Positions 1-14,057 of a stretch of 64,000 nt of DNA are shown piece by piece. Every line of letters begins with the position of its first letter. Position 1 is the first letter of the stretch. Below the pieces are notes generated by a model that had not been told where the DNA came from, ran no database searches, and worked only from the letters and a program-made list of their open reading frames with translations. The position numbers and the translations under genes are program-made. Origin of the DNA: Octopus vulgaris (lineage: Eukaryota); NCBI GenBank assembly GCA_951406725.2, contig OX597822.1, positions 87,172,001 through 87,236,000 on the forward strand. The letters run 5' to 3'.

Positions 1-217
1 ATGTATATTTAGATTTGCATATTTCTAGTTATGTATTTACACACAAACCTAGCCATAAATATTACTCAAAGTGATATTTACCTCCATAACCACTCACATT
101 TTCACATGCTGATGTCTCACAAGAACTCAACTGTTATTTTTTGATATTGTCTTTCAATTTGAAACACAGAAATGTGAAATTCTAAATGGCTACATCACCT
201 GTCAGTTGTAATTTCAA

Positions 218-218
218 A

Positions 219-289
<71 letters not shown>
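218..289. repeat. (TC)n microsatellite
   Basis: Direct reading; source of spurious ORF 186..428. Confidence 0.97.
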
Positions 290-292
<3 letters not shown>

Positions 293-637
293 GATGTGTA
301 TATGTGTGTGTCTGTCTGTCTTGTATGTATGTATGTATTTATGTATACATGTAGATTTGTATGTTTTGTTTTATGTATGTCTTCTCATGCATATAGTTGC
401 ATATCTAGTCATACTCATATATACTTAAATGATAAATGTCTGGAAAGTTTTATAGACTTTTTACAGTTCCAGTGATGGCTTGGCTCTGTAATCTTGTAAC
501 CAGCTTTCTCCTTTCTGGTTTTGAAAAGCCTAGTTTCTCAAGATTGGTATTTAGGTAGTGTGTTACATATCCACCAGGCAGCTGATTTCCACCACTGTAC
601 ACAGTTTCTCTTCTCTGTCCCAAATCACTATGTCCTG

Positions 638-803
638 TATCATCATCATCATCATCGTTTAGCGTCCGCTTTCCATGCTAGCATGGGTTGGACGGTTCAA
701 CTGGGGTCTGGGAAGCTAGAAGGCTGCACCAGGCCCAGTTTGATCTGGTAATGTTTCTACGGCTGGATGCCCTTCCTAACGCCAACCACTCCATGAGTGT
801 AGT
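638..803 (-). mobile_element. 3' tail of abundant RTE-related LINE/SINE with (GAT)n end
   Basis: catcatcatcgtttagcgtccgctttccatgctagcatgggttgg is nearly identical to copies at 8040 and 26284. The latter is continuous with an RTE reverse transcriptase. Confidence 0.85.
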
Positions 804-837
804 ATGTATGTATGTACGTATTTATGGGTGTGTGTAT

Positions 838-1768
838 AATGTGCATTCCAGAAGTTTTGAGAGTTTTTCAGAAAAGACATCACCTTCAAAGTTGGGTCTT
901 CTGACTTCAATGCACTTTTAGTGTCCCAGCCCCTTTGTGAAGGCTTCATAGAAGTCCTCTAAAGTAGTGGTATCCAGGACCTTTCTTACAGCCTCCTTCA
1001 TCTTTTCCTTCAGCTTGGAGAACAGTCAAAAGTCACAGAGAGCAAGGTCTGAACTGTAGCGAGGGCAAGGATGGTTTTTATGCTCATCTTTGTCAAGTAG
1101 TTTGGTTACCAGGATGGAATTGTGGCCTGGTGCATTGTCTTTGGTGCAGGTGTTCTCCCACAAAACCTCTGCAAAGTATTCTTTGTTGACCGTCTGGGCA
1201 GGCGATTCCCCAGTGGATGGAGATGATGCCCTTGATATTGAAAAAGATCATCATGACCTTCCTGGTGGCCTTGCCTTGCCTGGCCTCTGGGGGTAATCTT
1301 TTTAATCAGTGTGTGACATTATGCTTCATCTGCTTGACAGAGCTGAACTGTCAGACACACACTTGGGACCACACACGCACGTGTGCACACGACTGACATC
1401 ATATACTAATACCAAAACATTGTCCTGTGCTAGTAAGGTTCAGCTTCTGCAGATGACTTAGCTCATACAAGTTAATCCATAAGCAGTGTGGAACATTTCG
1501 TAAGTCTCTGTAATGTTTTCACTCAGTTTAACATAAAACCTTATTGCACAGTGTGCCTGCAAACGGACTTCACATCCTAACTGCATTCTGCAGACGTGTA
1601 GGCTGTGACAAGCAGTGTTTAGCAGGGTCTGCTATAGCCATCTCCTTCAACTTGGGAAAACAAAAGTTGGTAGATCAGCATTTTGGATGATACACTTAGA
1701 TTACAACAATTTAGTACTGTTATCACTGCCTCCCTAAAAAGTCTCAATATTTCTGAAATACACCTCAT
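838..1768 (-). mobile_element. Degenerate, internally deleted mariner transposon
   Basis: Minus strand gives DNAPGHNSILVT and YSSDLALCDF*LFSKLKEK (mariner YSPDLAPCDF). Decayed inverted ends near 838-870 and 1735-1768. Confidence 0.7.
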
Positions 1769-1784
1769 GTATATATATATATAT

Positions 1785-1826
<42 letters not shown>

Positions 1827-2013
1827 GTATATATATCTGAACCATAAAAAGTCAGGATATAAGAGAGACGAATATATTTCATTTCATTGATTAGATCTTT
1901 TGGATTTTAGCTGCATGGCTACTCTGCATTATACACCTCCATATTGGATGACTATGTGGTCTGATTTGTGATAGCCACACAAATCTGTGAATCCATATCT
2001 TATACTACAAATA

Positions 2014-2074
<61 letters not shown>

Positions 2075-2105
2075 TTATGTAGATTTGATGATGGTAATGG
2101 GCATA

Positions 2106-2152
<47 letters not shown>

Positions 2153-2664
2153 TCATATACATATATAGCTTCATTATGATCCTCATCATTTAATGTTGTA
2201 ATTTTTTTTAAGCAGATTTTCTATGACCGATGCCCTTCCAGTTGCCATCTGCACCTCCTGTTTCCAAGCAATGTAATATTTTCCTGTTGCTGGACATATT
2301 TCTTGCAAAAGACTGGAAATGAACAACTTTGTTTCTAGAATGATGATTTCTCATTTACAACAATCACATGATGTCTAGAAAAGCATACACACTAACACTG
2401 GACATGTAGAAACGTATACATGCAGAGAGACATGTGTTTGTGTCTATATATGTGACAGGCTTCCTTCGGTTTCCATTGCACATGTGGCAATTGTCTTTTA
2501 TTATAATTCTGGTCAAATCAATGCCTTCTAGTGGGATTTGTAGACAGAAACTGAAAGAATCTCATCGTGTGTGTGTGTGTGTCCCCTTGTCTTAATAGGT
2601 CATGATAGATGAGATGTAAATGACTGTCATCATCTCAGAAGCAGAGTCATTCATTTGCAATATT

Positions 2665-3069
2665 CTATACTCTTTACACTTTTACTCTTTTACTTGTTTC
2701 AGTCATTTGACTGTGAGCACCGCCTTTAGTCGAGCAAATCAACCCCAGGACTTTGTAAGCCTAGTATTTATTCTATCGGTCTCTTTTGCCGAACCGCTAA
2801 GTTACAGGGACATGAACACACCAGCATCGGTTGTCAAGCGATGTTGGGAGGACAAACACAGACACACAAACACACACACATATATATATATATATATACA
2901 TATACACGACAGGCTTCTTTCAGTTTCCGTCTACCAAATCCACTCACAAGGCTTTGGTTGGCCCAAGGCTATAGTAGAAGACACTTGCCCAAAGTGCCAC
3001 ACAGTGGGACTGAACCCAGAACCATGTGGTTTGTAAGCAAGCTACTTACCACACAGCCACTCCTGCGCC
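2665..3069 (-). mobile_element. tRNA-derived SINE (head, internal TA/TG tract, gtaaaaga-type tail)
   Basis: Minus strand starts ggcgcaggagtggctgtgtggtaag...gggttcagtccc (A/B-box-like). Related copies near 3780, 10975, 55270 and 61860. Confidence 0.8.
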
Positions 3070-3779
3070 TATGGAAACATTTCTAGATAAGTAGCAATAT
3101 CACCTGCTTGGATGGAAACAGGTGAGTCTTGGCGAGAGAAGTGTAAAGGTAAGTGTTGGCATTAGGGTGTAGAGTTAGGGTATTGCTCTTTAATCTGACC
3201 CATGCAAGCTTGGAAGGGAAGATGTTTAAATGAGGATATTATGCATAGGCATGTATGCGCGCACACACACACATATACATACACACATTCACATGCATGC
3301 ACACGCATACATACACACACACTCACACACACACTCACACACACATGCATTCTCACTAGAAAATTTCTCGAGATAAAGAGATGGTTAAATGGAGATTAAA
3401 TTAGGGAAGCAAAAATAACTTCTTAATAAAAATTTTAACTGTAATGTCATTCATTATTAACATTAATGAAAGTTGACTCTCAAAAGTGGCAAGGGAGACA
3501 ACTGTGAAAATATCTGATTAATTAAAATGACCCTTGTTGGGGATCTCTTCAATTGTAGCTATGAGACAATTCTCTCTTATTAAACATTCAGAGGAAAGTA
3601 AAATCAGCTGATGACCCTCCCCCCACCTCCCCAATGCGTAAAGAGTAACTAAAAGATACAAGTTTGTCAAATGAAAATATTTCACTGGATATGTAATTTA
3701 AGAAAACTTATAAGAACGTATTCTGTAGGAAGAACATATTAAATGTTGTTATAGGCATGTTGTTATAAATGTTGTTATA

Positions 3780-4185
3780 GGCAGCTGTGTGGTAATAAGT
3801 TTGCTTCCCAACCACATGGTTCCAGGTTCAGTCCAACTGTGTGACACCTTGAGCATGTGTTTTCAAAGCATTGTGAGTGTATTTGGTACACAAAAGCTGA
3901 AAGAAGCCTGTTGTGTGTATATGTATAATATCTACATGTGTTTGTCTTTGTGTCTTGTTTATGTTTGACTCCCCCCACCTCCTGCTAGATAACTGGTGTT
4001 GGTGTGCTTACATCCCCATAACTTAGCAGCTCAGCAAAAATGACTGATAGAATAAGTATCAGGCTTCAAAATAAAAGTAAGTACTGGGATCAGTTAATTC
4101 AACTAAAAATTCCTTAAGGCTGTGCTGCCCCAGCATGGCCATAGTCTGATGACTAAAACAAGTAAAAGATAAAAGATAAAATGAT
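3780..4185 (+). mobile_element. tRNA-derived SINE, same family as 2665-3069 in opposite orientation
   Basis: gctgtgtggtaa...ggttcagtcc head and caagtaaaagataaaagata tail. Confidence 0.75.
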
Positions 4186-6539
4186 AAATGTAAGCTTGAT
4201 GGTTTAATGTGGTGCAGTAAAAATCATTTCTTAATCAGTTACTAATCTATGTCTTTGTGTTGATTAGATGTTAGTATTTAATTAGTTGTTGATTTAGTGT
4301 AAACCATAAAAGCTGTAATTTTCTTACCATCTTTACCATTTTCCTCTCCCATTTTTTTTTTTTTAATTAAAAGCCACAATTGAAATATAATCTTTTAATA
4401 TAAATTCCTGTGAGATGTAGGTGCAGCATATTTCGTGTCAAATCAACCGTTATTGTCCCATCTGCAACATTTTCCATTAAGGAATGAAAAAGAAAAAAAA
4501 AATGATAAAATGGAAGCAGTTAAACGAAATTCAGGCCAAAGGTTTGGGATAAAGGAATGATAGATTCTAATTATAATTCCATCAAAGGCAGGCTGGGAAA
4601 TTAGGGTCAAGTAATTTAGTTTTAGTCCAGCCTTTGATGTGGGACCATAGAAACAAAGTTTGTTTTTGTATAAGAAACATCTGTTTTTTTGGAGTTAAGG
4701 ACATTTTTAGGTTCCCTGCATTAAATATGTGAACACTCAACTATATTAAAACTACTTTCAGCTGAAAATTACAGCTTTCTTTTTTTATAAACCTTCCCCT
4801 AAAATCATTTAAGAGTAAGGCAGTAAAAAATGTTATTCAAACAAAATTTGGGGATTTTTGAGTTGTGAAGATTTTAGGGGAAAAAGTTTTTAAAAAAATA
4901 GTTTCATAGTATATAAGATGAGATTCACATCAGTTTTTGTAAGTTGTACAAACCTATGGGTGAATTAATATATTTGTATTAATTAGATTGTGCATAGCTT
5001 TTGTTTATATTACATGTAATTTGTATATTACTAATTAATAAACTGTGACATATTTTACTAATATATAATATTTAATACATTATCTTTATTATATTTATTT
5101 TGAAAATTTTGTGCTAATTCTGCAATTCATACTTGCAGATAACTTCAGATAAAATATATACAAGAAATACACAATGATAATTCAAACACAAAGCAAATGA
5201 CTAACTGCAACAAATAGTATAGTTTGGAGTGAGTTGCCAGAATCAGAGAGACATTACACAAAATATTTTGCAGTATCTTAGATTCTTTATTTTGTGAATT
5301 CATTTTTCAGCTAAGATTAACTTTACTTTTCCATCCTTTCAACATCACCCTCCTCTTCCTCCTCCTTTAACAGCCGTCTTCCATGCTGACATGGGTTGGA
5401 CTGTTTGACAAGAGCTGGTAAACCAGAGAACTGCACCTGGCTCTTTTGTCTGCGTTTGACGGTTTCTATGACTGGATACCCTTCCTAATGTCAACCACAT
5501 TACAGAGTGTACTGGGTGCTTTTCATGTGCTACCAGCACCAGTGCATTTTACATGGCATTCACACCAGCAGGGGCAGCAAGTAACTTGTGATATAACTTC
5601 CATAATCAATGCCAGTTAAGTATTGGAGTTGATATAATCAATCATACCACTTCTCCAAATTTTTGAGGCTTTATGCCTGTGTTAGAAATCATTATATTAC
5701 TCTGCGTGTATGTGTGTGTATGTGTATTTTATATATTGTTATGGTGGAGTGGAATCTTGTGAAATTTTATTGCTTCATCTGATAAATAAAATCATCAATT
5801 TACCTAAAATATCTCGAATATTTTACCATAATGACTTTGATATGTACAACCTTAAAGCATTTTCACATTTCTTCTCAGTAGAAATACATTAACCATATTT
5901 CTGAATCCTCCTCCTTCTCCTCCTTTTTCTTCTTTTTTCTTCTTGGAGTCATCATATCTTAAACATGCAATGATTTCTTTGGCACTTAGTTGAGTTTCGG
6001 AACAATGATGTTTCCTGTTTCTGCATTTCAGAGTAAAGAAGTTACAATTTCACACGGTCAACAGTCGAACACTTTGTACACACAGAGTTGTTTTGTGATC
6101 TAACAGTGGCTTGGTTGGCTTTGATTGCTGGAATTGCATCAAAAAAATTCAAATTATATTCTCTCCATTATTGCTGCTTGTGCATTTGTACAGTGTGCAA
6201 AGTCTTATGTCAACATTGTCCAAACACTGCTTGCATTAAGTTCAAAAGTCACCTCATTCCATACAACCTACAAAAATCATTACATCACATCACATTATAA
6301 CACAACAGTTTTATACTTAATGGCTCTGCTTTATACGATTTTGTCCTGAAAGAAATCTTAGAACTAACACTCATAGCATTCAAATGGAACAAAATCTCTG
6401 GTTGCATTTGCGCCTGACATCAGCAACAAGTGAAAGCTTCAATATTTAAGGAGTTTTGATGGATATGTGTGATTTCATTTATAATAGAAATTGGACGTGG
6501 GCGATCGTTGTAGTCTTTCTTGTCTTGAGGTTCACAGAG

Positions 6540-7419
6540 AAACAGCTGGGTGGATTCGCGTGAAAAATGGCACACATGTGGAGACGGGTGTATAGATTGG
6601 AACGCGGTTTATATTTTTTTCCTAGCCCCTCCATACTTACTGAGAAAATCAGTTAAAACTTTTTCTAATGGAATTCCCGTTTGTTCTGCCATTAAAACAA
6701 CCAGTTGCTCACACAGCCGGTATATACCATTTCGCTAGCAACAAGGGGAGTACAGGATGACAGTCAGCCAAAACTTTCGCTATGCTCTCTCTCTTCTTTC
6801 ACCTCTTTGTGGGGTTAATAATCTTAATCTTTAGTCACAGCTTCTCATTAAAACTACATAATAGGCAGAATTGTCGGTTTAAGACAGTAGGGTGTTTTGA
6901 GGGAGATTTGGCTGCTATTTCTACCAGGTCTAGCTACCATGTAGAGGTCTGAACTTAATTTTCTTTCATATATTTGCATTTCAAAAATTTAACATAATCT
7001 TTTCCATAAAGCAACTATTGTAAACACACACACATGCATGCGCACGTCCATTTCATATATCTTCTTTCAATTTCTACTTTCTGCAAATAAAATTTTTATG
7101 GATACAACTGCTTACAAAAATAGGGATTAATGTATAATTTCTTTCTATGTCCATAATTAAATGAATGTTTTAATGATTAGACAGAGGTCCAATAGAATAG
7201 CTCTCAGAAACAGACTACGTACAAATTTATTCTTCCCAACTCCTGAAGCTGTTTTCTAATAGTGGTGGTGGGGGGAATTTTCATATAGCCAGAGGCTCCA
7301 ATCAAAACAGGGGACCTAAAATGATATGGTTGAGAAATGCTATTATAGATTATGCCTAACCGAAAACGATCACAGCCCATCATCCAAATAGACCGGGTGA
7401 AACCGGGCTTAGCTGCTAG
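6540..7419 (+). mobile_element. Possible non-autonomous Helitron (5' boundary uncertain)
   Basis: 3' end ccgggtgaaaccggg hairpin followed by ctag|t at 7416-7420. Helitron-like internal sequence near 6545-6620. Confidence 0.4.
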
Positions 7420-8039
7420 TATAATATAAAGCTAAGTCTCTCAACTTAGGGGGAAATATTTAGGCATGACTTTACAATATTATATTTTACAGTTGAGACT
7501 TTAGCAGATACCCTTGTTGTACTCTTTCAGTCCAGATTAATTTGGAAAGATTGCTGTTTAATAAATATGACTTGTAAACATTCATTTTTATCAATGTATT
7601 GACTGTGATCTTTACAAATTAGTAAATATTATAAGACAGTATTTTGGTCATGTTGAAGTATATTGTAGAAAGGCCTTTATTAAGTAGAGTAATGAAATAT
7701 CAGCCTTGCATGTTTCTTCTCTTTACTTTCAATCACCACATTAGTCACTTCGACTGCTTAAAACATAAAACACTTCTGTTGCTATTTCTTTTGTTTTCTC
7801 TCCTATTTTTTTCTCTTCTTTCCAGTGTTCAGTGTAAATTGGTTGTTTGCTTTGTATGTTTTACTAATGTTTTCTGTTTTTTCATGCTTGCATGGATTAG
7901 ACTAATATGTTATTTGAAGCAATGTTTTACAACTGGGTGCTCTTCTTGATGCCAACCATTAACTTTTTTAAAAGTTATTAACTATTTTAAAAAATTAATT
8001 AGAGAATAGAGTGTTACCAACATTTGGGAAATACACTTT

Positions 8040-8520
8040 CATCATCATCATCATCATCATCGTTTAATGTCCGCTTTCCATGCTAGCATGGGTTGGACGG
8101 TTCAACTGGGGTCTGGGAAGCTAGAAGGCTGCACCAGGCCCAGTCTGATCTGGCAGTGTTTCTACAGCTGGATGCCCTTCCTAATGCCAACCACTCCATG
8201 AGTGTAGTGGGTGCTTTTTACATGCCACCGTCACAGGTGCCAGACGAGGCTGGCAACGGCCACGATCGGATGGTGCTTTTTATGTGCCACCGCCACGGAG
8301 GCCAGTCAAGGCGGTGCTGGCTATGGCCACGTTCGGATGGTTCTCTTATGTGCCACCAGCACTGGTATCACAGCTACAAATTCCATTGATGTTGATAGAT
8401 TACGATTTTGATTTTCACTTGCCTCAACAGGTCTTCACAAGTGGAGTTTTGTGTCCCAAGAAGGAAAGGAATGCATAAGTGGGCTGGCTACATCCCAGCT
8501 AGAGGCCACGGGATTATGGC
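8040..8520 (-). mobile_element. RTE-family 3' UTR copy
   Basis: (CAT)n plus strong similarity to 26284-26640. Confidence 0.85.
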
Positions 8521-8532
8521 CTCACTTTCATA

Positions 8533-9268
8533 TCGTGTGTATTTTGTGTGTAAGTGCTTTTGTTATTCAGCTTCTCAAACACACATGTTTTAGACTAATG
8601 TGTTGAGAGGAAGTTGGTTTTAATAATGGTGTCGACTATTTTCAGTTTAGTTTCAGATTTAGAATTCTTGTAAAGTATTATTCTTCTGCATTTCGTAGTT
8701 GATCATTTTCATCTTCCATTTGCACAAATGTCTAGATGTTTACTACATGGAATATTTCTAAGAGATGAATTTTGTAACTTGTTCTTAATGTGTGCTTTCA
8801 TGGTTGGTTAGTTTTGTTCCTTTTTCTCCAATGTAATCCTCATTGCATTGTGGACATGTGATGCTGTAGATGAGGTTTTTTGGTTTTGCATTTCATGTTT
8901 GCCTTCATTTTCAATTCCCCCATACTCTTGAATCTTTTAGTTGTTCCTTGTTCAGTCATTTAACATATCCTACAATGAGAGTCTCCACAGTTTGTTACTT
9001 GCATCATTTCTTTCTCAGATTTGAATCTCGCCTTTGTTAGGAGTCTCTTGAGATTTGGTGGTTGTTTTCAGCTGTTGATGATTTGTGATTTTTCAAATCA
9101 TTTTTTGGGGGGAAAATAATCAACTACAAAAGGCAAAAGAAGAATACATTATAAAAATTCTAAATCTGAAACTAATCAATTATCAAAAACAACTCCTCCT
9201 AATGCATTAACCTAGAACATGTGTGTTTGAAAAGCTGGATAACAAAAGCACACACAAAATACACAGAA
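8533..9268 (-). mobile_element. Penelope-like element relic: GIY-YIG endonuclease fragment between inverted repeats
   Basis: Minus strand KQPPNLKRLL..., CGDSHCRIC and NLIYSITCPQCNEDYIGE (about 8824-8878). 8533-8690 is an imperfect reverse complement of 9135-9268. Confidence 0.75.
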
Positions 9269-9611
9269 TGCAAAAACTTCTCTAAAAGTTGGTGGCATTC
9301 AGTTCTCTAAATAATTTTTTAATAGCTTCTAAAAATATTGCTCTTTATATGTAGACATAATTATGAAGACTGGAAAGTTGCACATCATAAAATTTATTTA
9401 ATTAAAATCATTTTCTTCATTTTACATTCCAGTATGTGTTTCTGCTAAATAAGTGTCTCAGGGTCCTTTGATATAATAGTTTTGTGTATTTAATTGATGT
9501 ATATTAAATCAATTATTGTATAAATTCTAATCCAAAAATTAATAAGCTTATACAACTTTTTTTAAGATGTTCCCCATACAGGTGTGTGTGTCTAAGCAGT
9601 GTTTGACTGAT

Positions 9612-9870
9612 GCCATCAATCACCTCTTTTCAGTCGGAAACATGAAAATGTTTTCTCAGTAGCCTCTACATAGTTCTGGAGGCTTCTGTTTCCATGAGCT
9701 CCTGGGATGCCCAGAGTCTCATTGGCTTCTCTAAGTATATGACTTGCAAATCCGTGATAGCAACCTCCACTGGCAAATACCTCATTATTCACCAATTCAT
9801 GCCACAACCCTCTATCAACTCTTGTTATTTGGTTCTCCTCCTCTGTTGACCCTTCCCCCATTCTTTCCTT
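9612..9870 (-). mobile_element. 3' relic of REL-endonuclease non-LTR retrotransposon (Hero/NeSL/R2-like)
   Basis: Frameshifted match to the PVEVGCRGF...LGI.G...EAAE motif (gccagtggaggttgctatcacggatttgca; TLGIPGA; EATEK). Confidence 0.5.
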
Positions 9871-9984
9871 GCAGAAGTACACAGCACTAAAATAAGTCTA
9901 CTATGCTATGGGGACATAGATGAACCAGTACCAGTTGTTAAGCAGTGGTGGAACACACACAAACACACACATTATTATCATCCA

Positions 9985-10870
9985 CATCATCATTATCATC
10001 ATCATCATTGTTTAGTGTCTGCATTCCATGCTTGCATAAGTTGGACAGTTTGACCAGAGCTGGCAAGGCCAGGAACCACATCAGGCTCTATGGTCTGTTC
10101 TGCCATGTTTTCTACAATGAGATGTCCTTCTTAACATCAACCATCCACAGGGTGTACTGAGTACTTTTAATGTGGCACCAGCACCAGTGCTTTTAATGAA
10201 GCACCAGTGCAAGTGCTTTTTATGTGGTATCAATTCTGTTGTAGTGGATGGGTTTTCTTGAGTACAACAAAGTGCCAGATATCTTGCTCCTTTGCTATCT
10301 CTTTCATAAGGCTCAGTGTCTTGAGATTGGCTTTCAATAATTCATCTCATGTCCTCGTGGGTCTCCCACTTCCACAAGTTCCATCCACTTTAAGTGATTG
10401 GTACTTCAGTATGCAACTGTCTACCTCCGTACACATCACATGACCAGACCAGCAGTCTTCTCTCTTACACATTGCATCTAATTCCTCTTGTGGCCAACTT
10501 TTCTCTCAATATAGTAATGCTCTGTTGCACATGTACACTGACATTGCACATCATCCAGTAGAGCATACCAGCTTCATTCCTCTCCAGTCTTTGCATATCT
10601 TCTGCATTCAGGGCCCATGTCTCACTACCATGTAGCATTGCTGTGCATATACATGCACCATAGAACCCGCCTTTCGCTTGGTGTGAGAGACATTTTGTTG
10701 CTTCTAGAAGGAAAAGCTCTCTGAATTTTCTCCATCCTATTCTTATTCTAGCGATTCCACTTCCTGTATATCCTTCCCTACAGCTAATTAGGTCCCCTAG
10801 GTAGCAGGAATTATTCACTATCTCTCAAGAGCCTTCAGGGCATTTGAGAAAATTGATTCTCCAAGTATCT
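9985..10870 (-). mobile_element. RTE-clade LINE 3' fragment
   Basis: ORF 10465..10818 reads YLGD...ARIRIGWRKFREL...MLHGSETWAL...LERNE, followed by the (GAT)n tail. Confidence 0.88.
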
Positions 10871-10878
10871 GTAGTTTT

Positions 10879-10922
<44 letters not shown>

Positions 10923-13900
10923 CACACACATACATACATACATACATACATACATACATACAAAAATACATACAACAGACTTCTTTCAATTTCCATCTGC
11001 CAAATTTATTTTCAAAGATTTGGTTGGCCCAGGACTATAATAAAAGGCACCTGTCCAAGGTATATGGAGCAGGACTGAACCTGGTACCATGTGGCTGGGA
11101 AGCAAACTTCTTACCATATAGCCACACCTGTGCCTACACACACACACACACACACTTCTTATTGTCTATCTCCATATGACTCTCCCTATGGAAGGACATT
11201 GACCCCTCGAAATGTAAGGAAAGCCCTTCAACTAGAAAAACATCCAATTCAAAATATGATTTACACACGAAGCTATGGAGAGTAGTTTTTTCTTTGGTTT
11301 TTGAAATCCAGTTGATTGCCATTCATTTTAGCCATGAAGGTGGATGGGTAGAAATGATAGAAAACCAAGCAAAATTTCTATAATGTTTTACTCGAGACTT
11401 TAACATTCTTAGTTGAAAATCTTTAGGGGTTGACTCTGATTCTCATCTTTCTGGGGTTAATAAAACAAGTTCTGAGATTAACTGAAATAGCCATATCCTT
11501 CCTTTACAAATTGGTGGTTGTTTGCCAATGTTAGAAATCAATATTAGTTGAATAAACTTTATTGAATGAAGTTAATAGCAATCATTATTCTATAAATAAC
11601 AACAATCATTGCTTAATTTCTTTTTTGTTTTTTTTTTGTTTTCAAGTTCAAAGTGAATACCTCAAACATGACATTGTAATTTTCATTTGTTTGTAAATAT
11701 AATCTGATGATGATGAATATATAAATTATTAACAATACAAAGAGGAACCTTTGCTATGTAAACAATCCCTGCAACTATAGGAAAGCCATTCCAGTTAATA
11801 ACATTAACATGTGAAAATGGATATAAATGATAAATAATAATAAATGCCCTTGGTAACAGCGACTTTTCATTACTAAAAAATAACAATTCTGAATATGGTT
11901 AAATCACTGTTTCTGCAAGTTATTAAGCTATCTCATTATGAAGTCTGGCTTTTAAAATTGCTATGACAGACCTAGTCTGGGAGCAAGATAACATCTGAAA
12001 TACATTTTTTTTTATTGGATTTTTTTTTCTTTTACTGAGAATTTACTGGGCAATTGAATACACAGGAATAAACATAATAATTAATTAGACTGGAAGAAAA
12101 AACTGATTAAAATTAAATTGTATTAATATACCAATGAGAATATTATAGTATTGAAAGAAAGAAAATATAATGAATATAAAAGATGTAAAAATAATATTTA
12201 TCGAAGAGATGAAATAGTGTGTATTTTGTTTCACTGTGTGTTGGCAATTGTCTGACTTTATATTTGAAGGAAAGGTCATTTTAGTTTATTGATCCTATTA
12301 GCACACACACAACCATTTCAATTTAAGTTTTAATAGAATTTAGTTGTAATAGAACAAAATGGAAATTATTTAAAACTGTAGAAATAGCTTAAAAAAACCT
12401 TCCTGATTTGAGATGATTTGTAATGAATGGCTTTTGTTTTTCACATTTCAAATGTTTATTTTATTCTACTAAATTGATATTATTTTTCAGTTTTATATCT
12501 CAACTAAGGATATCTTTTCTTTGAAGTTTCCCTTTGCTGTAGTTGACTTAGAAATAATCTTTATAAACCCATGATATTGATACGATGGAAGTTATAATCT
12601 GTAATACACTTATCTATGTAAATATTCCTTAAATGAAATAGTCATGATGCTATCATTAATAAATGCATCTATCCCCATCTTCACCATTTTACTACCTTTT
12701 TTATAAATTGATTTTGTTTCTTTAAGTCGATGCAGCTTGTATAGATCTGCTGTGCAGTGTCTTACTGGAAAATCCCTTCATTATCTACCAAGAAAGTTGT
12801 TCTCGTGCTAGATGCCTCTTTCTTAACCAAAGCTATTTTACTTTTGTACAGACAAATATATTCTCTTGGTCATGTTTCTTCTCTTCAGTTTTTTGTTTTC
12901 TTCCAGTCAAACCCACTTCTTTTTCTAATTAATTTATAGACCAGAAACTTTATCTTGGGTCGAATGATTTACTAATTTCAGGTTGGCTAGCCATGTAGAA
13001 AACACTTCCATTTAAGCGAGATTTTGTATTATTATTGTTATTATTATTATCACTATCATAATTAAAGCAGCATGTCTTTTCTATTGTTATTCTCCCTGGA
13101 TGTACTCTGGTGAACTTTCTCTCTTAGTCCCAGATCACTTTGTGCCATCTCACCTGACTCACACCATCTTCATCCAAATGATGTTGTGTGCCCACAAATA
13201 ATGAAGTGTCAAAATCCCGCTGGGGTCAACTTCACCTTTCATCTTTTCAGGCTCAATAAAATAGAGTACTAGTCATCTATTGGGGTTCAATATCACAGAC
13301 TTGCTTCCTCTTCTCAAAATTGCAGGCCTTGTGTCAAATTTAATAAGAATTATCATTATTGCTAATGCAAGTGTTATAAAACGTTGACCCCTGACAGCTA
13401 ATCTTTAGATTCTGATTTTCAGTTGTGGTTAAAATTATTTTATTTGCTAAAATAGAAAGGTATTGCAAAACTTCATTCCCTACCCTTATAGGTGTAAGGC
13501 CCTGTGCCTACAGAAAGAAAAAAAAAACACCACAGAAGAAAAATCAATATTATTATTCTCCAAATTTTATATAACTTAAGGCAGAACAAGTGAATAATTT
13601 TGCAGTTTCTGTTTTTTTTTTAAATATAGCCCATCTATAGTCTGCTGCCAATTTGGCTGATTATTTTGTTTCCTGTCCATCTCCCAGTCTAGCTCCCACC
13701 CCTTGCCATACTTGGTCTATCTCACCTTTTTGTCTTCTTGCCACATCTCTGCTGCCCATATTCTTCCTGTACATCTATTCATATTCTTCTCACACATTTA
13801 TAAAGATATTTTTATATTTCAGTCTACATTGTGTCCATATGTTTCTCTACCTTTGTTTTATTTTATTTCACATAGATCTGCTCCACACTTCTGGCCGTCT

Positions 13901-13967
13901 TTTCATTGACGTTTTGTTTGTTTTTACACTTTTCTGGTTTTAAGTATTGTGTACAAAAATATTCTCC

Positions 13968-13968
<1 letters not shown>

Positions 13969-14022
<54 letters not shown>

Positions 14023-14057
14023 CCATCACCACCACCATCACCATCACCACCACCATC
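13969..14057. repeat. (CAT)n/(CAC)n microsatellite
   Basis: Direct reading; source of the poly-S, poly-D and poly-M ORFs. Confidence 0.97.

Noticed and set aside
5730-6540. Coding-like stretch, possibly a TE relic
   Set aside because: No recognisable motif in the frames I examined; cannot classify.
12727-12870. Candidate upstream exon after a tttctttaag acceptor
   Set aside because: No PKD-like translation and no convincing donor.
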